DNA of 64,000 nucleotides from an uncultured Rhabdochlamydiaceae bacterium (GTDB lineage Bacteria > Chlamydiota > Chlamydiia > Chlamydiales > Rhabdochlamydiaceae): positions 1,696,001-1,760,000 of the forward strand of contig CAVQHD010000001.1 of assembly GCA_963712275.1 (NCBI GenBank). Direction: 5' to 3'. Both the position numbers and the translations under genes were made by a program. How positions within the stretch are numbered: position 1 is the first letter of the stretch; every line of letters begins with the position of its first letter. The notes beneath the pieces are model-generated. The model did no database searches, had not been told where the DNA came from, and was given only the letters and a program-made list of their open reading frames with translations. Of this stretch, positions 37,147-46,097 are shown piece after piece.

Positions 37147-38553
37147 ATGGATAATAGAAGCGGTATATTACGATTTTTTCAATCGATCTGTCGATTTAAT
37201 TTCGGAGAGTTCGAAGCAGAGGAGTTTAAAAAATTTCTTAAAATGGGCGCTATTTTTGCCTTGATGATCGGTGTTTATTGGACATTACGCCCTCTTAAAG
37301 ATGCCGTTTTTATCCAACTTGTAGATAAGCTGCAGCTCCCTTTTGCAAAAACAATTTCGGTCATCGCCCTTTTGCCGCTAGTCATGTTCTACACGAGGCT
37401 TCTTGAAAAAACTTCGAGAGAAAAAATGCTTGTCATTTTACCCATTTTCTATGGAACAGCGGTTTTTATTTTCGGTTTACTGATGCTTGGATTTCAAGCC
37501 CCTGCCGAAGAGATTGCAGGCCGCCCTTTCTTTTTTCTCGCCGCTACCAAAGCCATTGGATATCTGTTTTACGTCTTCGTAGAAAGTTTTGGCTCCCTCG
37601 TGATTGCCCTCTTTTGGGCGTTTGCCACTGATACCACAAGCGCAACTCCAGCTAAAAAGGGCTTCCCCCTTGTCGTTGCAATTGGTCAAATGGGAGGAAT
37701 CATTTTCCCCTACAGCATCGGAGGCTTGCCGCACCGATTCGGACTCTCTACAGATGCGCTATCGATGCTGTTTTTAGGAGGGTTAACATTACTCATCGTT
37801 CCTATGGTACGGTATTTTTTGCAATCGACCCCAAGCCATCTATTAACATCTTTTCATGGGAACAATGAGGCCGCGAAGGAACGCAAGCAAGAGCCTGGGT
37901 TTTTAGAAGGGCTTAAATTGCTTCTAAAAAATCGGTACCTCCTTGGTATTTTTGCTGCAAATTTCATCTATGAAGTTGTTGTCACGATTTTTGATTTTAA
38001 CTTCAAAATATCGGCGGGCGCTGAGTATTCAGGGGTTGCTCTAAGCAATTATTTAAGCATTTATGCTTCAAGCGTAAATATTGTCTCTTTACTCTGTTTA
38101 CTCCTTGGGATTAGCAATATAACCCGCTTTCTTGGGGTGGGTGTGGCCTTAGCGGCAATGCCTGTCGTCGTTGGATGCGCCCTTCTAGGGTTTTTAAGTT
38201 TGAATTCTCTCACCTTTCTCTTTGCTCTTATGGTGGGCTCAAAAGCCATTAATTATGCGCTTAATGGCCCAGCTCTTAAACAACTCTACATCCCAACAAC
38301 TCCCGACGTGAAATTTAAAGCACAAGCCTGGATAGAGACCTTCGGCTCCCGATCCTCAAAGCAGGCGGGATCGATCTTCAACATGTCCCTTGCTCCTCTC
38401 CAAACAGCCTTTGGAACGCTTGCCGGCAAGTCTCATTATCTGATGCTCAGCGGAGTCTTGTGCTTCCCTTTACTGGCGGTGTGGCTGATCATTGCCATTT
38501 TTCTGGGAAAATCTTTCCGAAAAGCCATCCACGGGAACACTGTGGTTTGCTAG
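37147..38553 (+). CDS. NTT/TLC-family nucleotide transporter
   Basis: YWTLRPLKD, FYVFVE.FGSL...LFW, KAINYAL..P..KQLYIP and FKAQAWIE.FGSR..K motifs. Confidence 0.85.
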   Translation: MDNRSGILRFFQSICRFNFGEFEAEEFKKFLKMGAIFALMIGVYWTLRPLKDAVFIQLVDKLQLPFAKTISVIALLPLVMFYTRLLEKTSREKMLVILPIFYGTAVFIFGLLMLGFQAPAEEIAGRPFFFLAATKAIGYLFYVFVESFGSLVIALFWAFATDTTSATPAKKGFPLVVAIGQMGGIIFPYSIGGLPHRFGLSTDALSMLFLGGLTLLIVPMVRYFLQSTPSHLLTSFHGNNEAAKERKQEPGFLEGLKLLLKNRYLLGIFAANFIYEVVVTIFDFNFKISAGAEYSGVALSNYLSIYASSVNIVSLLCLLLGISNITRFLGVGVALAAMPVVVGCALLGFLSLNSLTFLFALMVGSKAINYALNGPALKQLYIPTTPDVKFKAQAWIETFGSRSSKQAGSIFNMSLAPLQTAFGTLAGKSHYLMLSGVLCFPLLAVWLIIAIFLGKSFRKAIHGNTVVC

Positions 38554-38648
38554 AAAATCACACTCTAATATTGTTAAACAATTTTTTAAAGTGAAAAAAA
38601 CTATCCAACATCTTGATGGGGATGTTAGAATTCCCTGCTGAGGGTTTG

Positions 38649-40067
38649 ATGTTCAAAGAGCTATTAACGAACCGACGTTTTCGACTGTTATTTTCTTTGA
38701 TGTTTGGCATTGTCTGCCTGTTGAATGTCAATTATGCCCTTCTTCGGAGCGTACGGAGCGCAATTGTTGTCACAGACCTCGGAAAAGGGGCGGGGGTTAT
38801 TCCGATTTTTGAGCTGTGCGGAACGATGCCGGGCGCTATTTTGATGGTCTACCTCTTGACCCGGCTCCTCAATCGATTTTCGATTCATAAGGTTTTTCTC
38901 ATCACCTTGACCTTTTTCTCCGGCTTTTTTCTCTTTTTCGCAGTGGGCATTCACCCTTCTCTTCATCTTTGGACAGCAACACTTCGAGAGTGGACATGGC
39001 TTCCAGGGCATGACACACTTGCCATGCTGCTTCCTCAAGGATTTTCGATGCTATTCTTTATCATGGCAGAGCTCTGGAAAATCGCCTTATTGACAGTCCT
39101 TTTTTGGGGGCTTGTAAATCAATACATTCCCCTCACGGATGCAAAAAAGTTTTACGCCCCTTTGATGCTAGGGGGAAGCATTGGAACGGTGATTGCCGGT
39201 CTTGTGAACTCTTTTTGCACATCGACATTTGCTTCAGCAGGATCGTGGTCCCAATCCCTCATTCTCATGATGCTCACCCTCACCCTTTTGGGAGGCATTA
39301 CAGCTTGGCTCTATACCAAGCTATGGGATCAGTTTGCAGACTCTAAGATAGAAGAGCCTGAAGTCAAAGATCATTCGCTATCGATGTGGGACAGCGTTCG
39401 GCTCTGCTGCAGCTCGAGATACCTTCTTCTTCTTGCTTGGATTACGATTGTTGACTATATCGCCTATGCCCTAGGAGAGGTGATTTTTTTCGATGTCTTG
39501 AAGCAAAAATTTCCCGACCCAAGAGAATATTCTTATTACATGGGGCAGCTCAATCTTTGGAGCGGCCTTCTAACCGCCTTTAGCGCGCTTGTTGTGACGC
39601 CCTATTTAATCCGAAAATGCAGGTGGGTTGTCGCCTCTCTGATCACCCCTGTTTGCCTTCTCTTGACAGAAGGTGCTTTTTTTATCTTTCTGTGGAACCC
39701 TTCCACAAGCGGGAAAATCGAGCTTCTTATCTTTCTTGGGACTCTTTTCTTCTGCCTTGTACGGGCCGCAAAATATACTCTTTTTGATACGTCCAAGGAG
39801 ATCTCATTCCTCCTCCTCCCCCCTTTGGAAAAAATGCAAGGGAAGCTCATTATCGACGGCATCTGCTCTCGGGTCGGGCGCGGAGCTGCTTCCCTCCTCA
39901 GCATCGCGCTGATTCAACTCTGCGGAGGGGTGATTGCAAGCGCCTTTGCCGCTGGCTGGATTGTGCTTGGCATCGGAGCCAGCTGTGTTGTCTCGACCTT
40001 CCAGCTTGGCCGCCTCGTGGATAAGCAATCTGCCCCCAAGCGCAAGCTGAGTCCTGCCGAACTGTAA
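38649..40067 (+). CDS. NTT/TLC-family nucleotide transporter, second divergent paralog
   Basis: NYALLRSVR, MAELW....LFWG..NQ, AKKFY, KYTLFDTSKE and GKLIIDG..SR.G motifs. Confidence 0.85.
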   Translation: MFKELLTNRRFRLLFSLMFGIVCLLNVNYALLRSVRSAIVVTDLGKGAGVIPIFELCGTMPGAILMVYLLTRLLNRFSIHKVFLITLTFFSGFFLFFAVGIHPSLHLWTATLREWTWLPGHDTLAMLLPQGFSMLFFIMAELWKIALLTVLFWGLVNQYIPLTDAKKFYAPLMLGGSIGTVIAGLVNSFCTSTFASAGSWSQSLILMMLTLTLLGGITAWLYTKLWDQFADSKIEEPEVKDHSLSMWDSVRLCCSSRYLLLLAWITIVDYIAYALGEVIFFDVLKQKFPDPREYSYYMGQLNLWSGLLTAFSALVVTPYLIRKCRWVVASLITPVCLLLTEGAFFIFLWNPSTSGKIELLIFLGTLFFCLVRAAKYTLFDTSKEISFLLLPPLEKMQGKLIIDGICSRVGRGAASLLSIALIQLCGGVIASAFAAGWIVLGIGASCVVSTFQLGRLVDKQSAPKRKLSPAEL

Positions 40068-40108
40068 ACTGTACTATACTCCGAAAAGTGTTATGTGTAG
40101 TTGACAGT

Positions 40109-41854
40109 TTACTTATAAACGACTTTTTTCTGGGGATCAAGGGTGACGGCTTGCCCTTCCTTAAGAGAGCTGAAAGCTCCGTCGGCGCGAACGACAATGG
40201 GGATATCTAATGCTTTCGCCAGTTGAAGGGCCTCTTTTTCAGACTCTTTATCTTCGGGATGGTTTTGAAGGACAATGCCGATGGCATGGCTCAAAACTGT
40301 TTGGTAAGAAGAATCGCATTGCGTAATGACAACGATCTTCCCCTGAACATCCTCCACTTCAAGCTGGTGGGGCGAATGGATCAAAACCACTTGCCCGTGA
40401 ATTTGCTTTCCCATTCCTTTTCGGGCCCGGACAACGACATCTCCGATGCTTTCAACAATGAGCGTATTCGTCGTCCCTTTAATCCAAAAAGGAGAGCCTG
40501 TTGTGATCACTACAAGATCCCCTTGCTGCAGGAGCTTTTGATCAAGAGCAAAGGAGGAGGTGAGCGCAATCGCCTCCTGCAGAGTGAGCGCAGAGGGCGC
40601 TTTAACAGGGATCACACCCCATTCCAATGCAAGCTGAGAGTACGCCTTCTCATTGGGTGTAAAGGCAATCACAGGCATCTGGGGCCGAAACCGTGAAATT
40701 AAGCGAGCTGTGGCGCCGCTGCTGGTAAACACAAAAATGGCTTTTGCCTCAGCTGTGTAGGCGGTTTGAACGGCAGCCGCAGCAACAGAGGTCGCCACAT
40801 CAGAAAATCCAAAGGCAACGCTTTGTTCGTAAAAATCGCGATACGAAAAATCGAGCTCCGATTGCCGAATGACCCGTTTCATCATTTTAACCGTTTCAAT
40901 CGGATACTTACCCACCGCCGTCTCTCCTGATAGCATCACAGCAGAGGCGCTATCATAAATCGCATTTGCCACATCAGACACCTCAGCTCGGGTCGGCCGA
41001 GGATTTTGAATCATCGATTCTAACATTTGCGTTGCGATAACGACCGGCTTACAGACCTGGCTGCACTTGCGGATCATCATCTTCTGAAGCGAGGGGACCT
41101 CTTCAATCGGAAGTTCAACCCCAAGATCTCCCCTGGCAACCATAATCCCATGCGCGACTTGCAAAATGGAGTCAAAGTTTTTAACCCCCTCGCCGCTCTC
41201 GATTTTTGCCATGACTAAAACATCTGATTTTCCCTTCGAAGCGAGCAGTTTTTGAATTTCAAAAACGTGGTCGGCCGATCGAATAAAAGAGGCTGCAATC
41301 CAGTCGACATCTTGCTCGCACGCAAAGATTAAATCTTTCACATCTTGGGTTGTCATCGCAGGAAGCTTCACCTGAGCCTCTGGAAGCGTGACGCTTTTAT
41401 GCGTTTTGAGAATGCCGGGATTTAAAATTTCAATCTCCGCACCATTCCCCGTCATTGAGACGACTTTTGCCTGAATATACCCGTCATCAAACAAAAGAGT
41501 CATCCCAGGCGCCATCGACTCAAAAACCTCAGGGGGAGAAAGGGCGATTTGACCCGGCGCCTCGACTTTACGCACAAGCTGAAGGCGTGTCCCTGCTTCA
41601 ACAGCAAGGCCGCTGCCAGCTACGTCCCCAAGCCGAATCTCAGGCCCTTTCGTATCGAGCATAATCGCTAAGGGAGCTTGCCTTGCCAGGCGCGCTTTTT
41701 TCAGCCGCTCAATCACTTGAGCATGTTCTTCATGGGTTCCATGACTTAAGTTGATTCTAGCCACGTTCATCCCCGCGTCCATCAGCTGAAGGATCAGCTC
41801 ATAGGAGGAAACCGCAGGCCCCATCGTGCAAATCATTTTTGTCCGGCTCATCAT
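40109..41854 (-). CDS. pyk: Pyruvate kinase with C-terminal PEP-utilising mobile-domain extension
   Basis: RTKMICTMGP, DTKGPEIR, MVARGDLG, ATQMLESM and MLSGETA motifs. Start moved to ATG 41854. Confidence 0.96.
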   Translation of the reverse strand: MMSRTKMICTMGPAVSSYELILQLMDAGMNVARINLSHGTHEEHAQVIERLKKARLARQAPLAIMLDTKGPEIRLGDVAGSGLAVEAGTRLQLVRKVEAPGQIALSPPEVFESMAPGMTLLFDDGYIQAKVVSMTGNGAEIEILNPGILKTHKSVTLPEAQVKLPAMTTQDVKDLIFACEQDVDWIAASFIRSADHVFEIQKLLASKGKSDVLVMAKIESGEGVKNFDSILQVAHGIMVARGDLGVELPIEEVPSLQKMMIRKCSQVCKPVVIATQMLESMIQNPRPTRAEVSDVANAIYDSASAVMLSGETAVGKYPIETVKMMKRVIRQSELDFSYRDFYEQSVAFGFSDVATSVAAAAVQTAYTAEAKAIFVFTSSGATARLISRFRPQMPVIAFTPNEKAYSQLALEWGVIPVKAPSALTLQEAIALTSSFALDQKLLQQGDLVVITTGSPFWIKGTTNTLIVESIGDVVVRARKGMGKQIHGQVVLIHSPHQLEVEDVQGKIVVITQCDSSYQTVLSHAIGIVLQNHPEDKESEKEALQLAKALDIPIVVRADGAFSSLKEGQAVTLDPQKKVVYK

Positions 41855-41890
41855 GAGGCTGATGATAAAATGTTTAACAACCGATTGCAA
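41855..41890 (-). promoter_or_regulatory. pyk promoter, predicted leaderless
   Basis: TTGCAA-17 nt-TATCAT-7 nt-ATG, no SD. Confidence 0.7.
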
Positions 41891-42087
41891 GACCTGACTT
41901 TTCGGCACAGGACTACGAAAAAGTCGTGACTTTTTCGTAGTTGCCTTCATTTTGGTCGGAGTTAACTTGTAGAAAAAGAATCGCTTAAGGAGTTCTCTGG
42001 AAAAATAATCAACCTTTGATGAATCGGGAATACTCCACTTTGTAGCTCTGCAACGAAAAATTTATGTTGAAAAATAAATTATTAATA

Positions 42088-43662
42088 GAGGGAATTGCAA
42101 AACTAACGAAAGGGAAGACTTTTTCGGGTCCGTTTTAGCAAAACCTACAGCAACTCCGAAAAAGTCTTCCCTTTCGTCATTTCTGTAATAGCGTTGCGAT
42201 TTTCAACCACAAGTCACTTTTAACAAACACCTTGCGTCTGATATAATTAGCTTTCTGACAAACAATCACATCAGAGCAAGGAGCAAACCACGTGGGTCAG
42301 CTGACAGACACTTTATCAAAATATTGGGAAAAAATTCAAGGCTCTCTTTTCGCTTGGTTAGAAGAAGAGCTCGATCCACTGACAGAAAAGCAGCAACAAT
42401 TGGTTTCTATTTTGGAAGTGGTACGCATCGAAGACTTTCTTCCTTGCTATTACGGATGTGAGGGCCGCCCACAAAAAACACGTTCAGCAATTGCCAGATC
42501 ATTCGTTGTTAAAATGGTATACAATCTCGATACGACAACATTTTTGATTGATCGCTTGAAAAGCGATAAAAACCTACGACGTATTTGTGGGTGGGAATCT
42601 CTGTCTGAACTGCCTAGTGAGGCTACTTTTTCTAGAGCCTTCACTGAGTTTGCTAAAACAGGGCTTCCTCAGCGCGCACATGAGGCGCTGATTGTAAAGA
42701 CATTGAAAAACGAAGTCGTTTTGCATAATTCACGCGATTCAACCGCAATCGAGGCTCGAGAACGGCCGCAAACCAAAACTAAGAACAAGGCAACGGAAAA
42801 CAGTGAAGATCCGGATCAGGAATTGGAGCCAAAGAAAAAAGGTCGCCCTAAAAAAGGCCAAAAACGAGCCAAACCCGAACCTACGCGCATAGACAGACAA
42901 AAAACGATGACGCTAGAAGAAATGCTGGCTGATTTACCGACAGCATGCGACAAAGGTGCTAAAAAAGACAGCAAAGGTAATACAATGTACTGGACTGGCT
43001 ACAAGTTACATTTAGATACCATTGACGGAGGCATCCCTGTCAGCGCTATTGTTACTTCAGCTTCAGTTCATGACAGTCAGGTTGCAATTCCTCTGGCCAC
43101 TTTAACTGCCACGAGAATCATCAACTGCTATGACCTCATGGATGCCGCTTACGACATCCCAGGTATTATCGCACATAGCCAATCTCTCGGACACAAGCCC
43201 CTAATCGATAAGAATCCAAGAGCAGACAAACAGCTCAAAAAAGACCTTGAAGCGGAAAGTCTTGCAAGAAGAACTCTGAATTTAATTTTCCCAGAAACAC
43301 TGCGCTATAATGAAAGGACAGCTGCGGAACGAACCAATTCTCGTCTGAAAGACGAATTTGGTGCTTGCAAACTCAGGGTGCGCGGACTTAGTAAGGTTGC
43401 GTGCCATCTTATGTTTGGCGTGTTGGTATTGACAGCCGACCAATTGATGAAATTGGTCACGTAATCTTGCTGTAGGGTGAAAAAGTCTTCTGGCCAATGA
43501 TCAAATGGGCTCCCGCTTGTTCTCACAGTGAAGATTTTTTGGATAAAACATCTAAAATTACGAGACTGGAATCGAAAAAGTGATTTTTCGGGGCCTGCCA
43601 ACCGGTTTGCATTCACTATCCCCGAAAAATCACTTTTTCGTTTCTAGTTTTGCAATTCCCTC
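42088..43662 (+). mobile_element. Insertion sequence (IS5/IS1182-like DDE), 1575 bp, copy 1
   Basis: 18-bp perfect TIR GAGGGAATTGCAAAACTA. TSD AATA at 42084-87 and 43663-66. Confidence 0.95.
42292..43464 (+). CDS. DDE transposase
   Basis: PSEATFSR, RDSTAI, GYKLH, MDAAYD and R..AER.NSRLK motifs. Confidence 0.93.
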   Translation: MGQLTDTLSKYWEKIQGSLFAWLEEELDPLTEKQQQLVSILEVVRIEDFLPCYYGCEGRPQKTRSAIARSFVVKMVYNLDTTTFLIDRLKSDKNLRRICGWESLSELPSEATFSRAFTEFAKTGLPQRAHEALIVKTLKNEVVLHNSRDSTAIEARERPQTKTKNKATENSEDPDQELEPKKKGRPKKGQKRAKPEPTRIDRQKTMTLEEMLADLPTACDKGAKKDSKGNTMYWTGYKLHLDTIDGGIPVSAIVTSASVHDSQVAIPLATLTATRIINCYDLMDAAYDIPGIIAHSQSLGHKPLIDKNPRADKQLKKDLEAESLARRTLNLIFPETLRYNERTAAERTNSRLKDEFGACKLRVRGLSKVACHLMFGVLVLTADQLMKLVT

Positions 43663-43771
43663 AATATACAATCGACTTTCGACTCTAAATTTAAATAAAA
43701 TTAAGGAGTTTCAAATGTCCCTCGTCCATAAAATAGGACCCAACGCCGCAGCTATAAATCGGATATTAAAT

Positions 43772-45346
43772 GAGGGAATTGCAAAACTAACGAAAGGGAA
43801 GACTTTTTCGGGTCCGTTTTAGCAAAACCTACAGCAACTCCGAAAAAGTCTTCCCTTTCGTCATTTCTGTAATAGCGTTGCGATTTTCAACCACAAGTCA
43901 CTTTTAACAAACACCTTGCGTCTGATATAATTAGCTTTCTGACAAACAATCACATCAGAGCAAGGAGCAAACCACGTGGGTCAGCTGACAGACACTTTAT
44001 CAAAATATTGGGAAAAAATTCAAGGCTCTCTTTTCGCTTGGTTAGAAGAAGAGCTCGATCCACTGACAGAAAAGCAGCAACAATTGGTTTCTATTTTGGA
44101 AGTGGTACGCATCGAAGACTTTCTTCCTTGCTATTACGGATGTGAGGGCCGCCCACAAAAAACACGTTCAGCAATTGCCAGATCATTCGTTGTTAAAATG
44201 GTATACAATCTCGATACGACAACATTTTTGATTGATCGCTTGAAAAGCGATAAAAACCTACGACGTATTTGTGGGTGGGAATCTCTGTCTGAACTGCCTA
44301 GTGAGGCTACTTTTTCTAGAGCCTTCACTGAGTTTGCTAAAACAGGGCTTCCTCAGCGCGCACATGAGGCGCTGATTGTAAAGACATTGAAAAACGAAGT
44401 CGTTTTGCATAATTCACGCGATTCAACCGCAATCGAGGCTCGAGAACGGCCGCAAACCAAAACTAAGAACAAGGCAACGGAAAACAGTGAAGATCCGGAT
44501 CAGGAATTGGAGCCAAAGAAAAAAGGTCGCCCTAAAAAAGGCCAAAAACGAGCCAAACCCGAACCTACGCGCATAGACAGACAAAAAACGATGACGCTAG
44601 AAGAAATGCTGGCTGATTTACCGACAGCATGCGACAAAGGTGCTAAAAAAGACAGCAAAGGTAATACAATGTACTGGACTGGCTACAAGTTACATTTAGA
44701 TACCATTGACGGAGGCATCCCTGTCAGCGCTATTGTTACTTCAGCTTCAGTTCATGACAGTCAGGTTGCAATTCCTCTGGCCACTTTAACTGCCACGAGA
44801 ATCATCAACTGCTATGACCTCATGGATGCCGCTTACGACATCCCAGGTATTATCGCACATAGCCAATCTCTCGGACACAAGCCCCTAATCGATAAGAATC
44901 CAAGAGCAGACAAACAGCTCAAAAAAGACCTTGAAGCGGAAAGTCTTGCAAGAAGAACTCTGAATTTAATTTTCCCAGAAACACTGCGCTATAATGAAAG
45001 GACAGCTGCGGAACGAACCAATTCTCGTCTGAAAGACGAATTTGGTGCTTGCAAACTCAGGGTGCGCGGACTTAGTAAGGTTGCGTGCCATCTTATGTTT
45101 GGCGTGTTGGTATTGACAGCCGACCAATTGATGAAATTGGTCACGTAATCTTGCTGTAGGGTGAAAAAGTCTTCTGGCCAATGATCAAATGGGCTCCCGC
45201 TTGTTCTCACAGTGAAGATTTTTTGGATAAAACATCTAAAATTACGAGACTGGAATCGAAAAAGTGATTTTTCGGGGCCTGCCAACCGGTTTGCATTCAC
45301 TATCCCCGAAAAATCACTTTTTCGTTTCTAGTTTTGCAATTCCCTC
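43772..45346 (+). mobile_element. Insertion sequence, 1575 bp, copy 2 (appears identical to copy 1)
   Basis: Same TIRs as copy 1, with its own TSD AAAT at 43768-71 and 45347-50. Confidence 0.95.
43976..45148 (+). CDS. DDE transposase
   Basis: Translation identical to 42292-43464. Confidence 0.93.
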   Translation: MGQLTDTLSKYWEKIQGSLFAWLEEELDPLTEKQQQLVSILEVVRIEDFLPCYYGCEGRPQKTRSAIARSFVVKMVYNLDTTTFLIDRLKSDKNLRRICGWESLSELPSEATFSRAFTEFAKTGLPQRAHEALIVKTLKNEVVLHNSRDSTAIEARERPQTKTKNKATENSEDPDQELEPKKKGRPKKGQKRAKPEPTRIDRQKTMTLEEMLADLPTACDKGAKKDSKGNTMYWTGYKLHLDTIDGGIPVSAIVTSASVHDSQVAIPLATLTATRIINCYDLMDAAYDIPGIIAHSQSLGHKPLIDKNPRADKQLKKDLEAESLARRTLNLIFPETLRYNERTAAERTNSRLKDEFGACKLRVRGLSKVACHLMFGVLVLTADQLMKLVT

Positions 45347-45870
45347 AAATAACTGGCCTAATGCTAGATCTGAAAGATTTATCATCATGATTGCTAACAA
45401 TTTATTTTATAAGCTTGCAAAAGCACCCATGTCATCCGTTCGTCCTCTTAATGCTTTTATACGTGTTTTCAACGTTATTGGTGCGGTAAAAGAAAAAAAT
45501 CTTCCTAGGTTTGTCTGTGAAGTCGCTGCTTTTTCAGCATTATTTTTCCCTCATGGCTTGGTAATCTCCATTGCAATCGATTGTGTCTCTGAATTTGAAA
45601 ATATATATACCTCCTCCACACCTCTCACTCTTGATAAAAAAACGATGACCCGAGAAAGGGCTTTGAGCCTTTTAAAACTTACGGAAGATCGAGTAAAGGA
45701 AGACCTCGATAGTAAGTATGAAGACGTTAGGCAGGCTCTGGAAACAAGAAAAGCCGCAGTTCCACCTTTTTTTGCTAGTCAACTTGCTCTTATGCTGGCA
45801 AATGCAAAACTAGCCTACGATGTGCTCAAGGGAGATCCAAACACCGGCAGCAATTAATACCGTTCTTATT

Positions 45871-46038
45871 GAGGGAGCTCGCAAAACTCCGATTTGGGGC
45901 CAAATCCGCGCTTTTTGGGCAGGATCCGGATTCTGCACAAATCGCCTACTCTCAGCCGAGTATGTCAATTTGCGCAGAACCCGGCCCTGCCCAAAAATCA
46001 TCGAACTTGGCCTCCAAAGCGAGTTTGGCAACTCCCTC
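45871..46038. mobile_element. 168-bp palindromic MITE with IS-like ends
   Basis: Ends GAGGGAGCTCGCAAAACT / AGTTTGGCAACTCCCTC. TSD TATT on both sides. Nested internal stems. Confidence 0.88.
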
Positions 46039-46097
46039 TATTAAAACAGCCCCCCCTTCCTGGGAAGTTCCTCATTCGGTATACTGCTCTCTAACAT

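Larger units (their letters stand above)
43715..45857 (+). pseudogene. ~187-aa gene (central hydrophobic segment, C-terminal J-like domain) split by IS copy 2
   Basis: SD AAGGAG, ATG 43715 and 19 codons up to the TSD. Removing the IS plus one TSD rejoins the frame with 45351-45857. Confidence 0.85.

Noticed and set aside
42088..45346. Composite transposon, or assembly duplication, formed by the two IS copies
   Set aside because: Each copy has its own distinct TSD and the outer flanks (AATA, AAAT) do not match, which indicates two separate insertions.
45264..45350. ORF-track starts at 45264 and 43580
   Set aside because: These N-termini are read out of the IS right end. The real start is ATG 43715.
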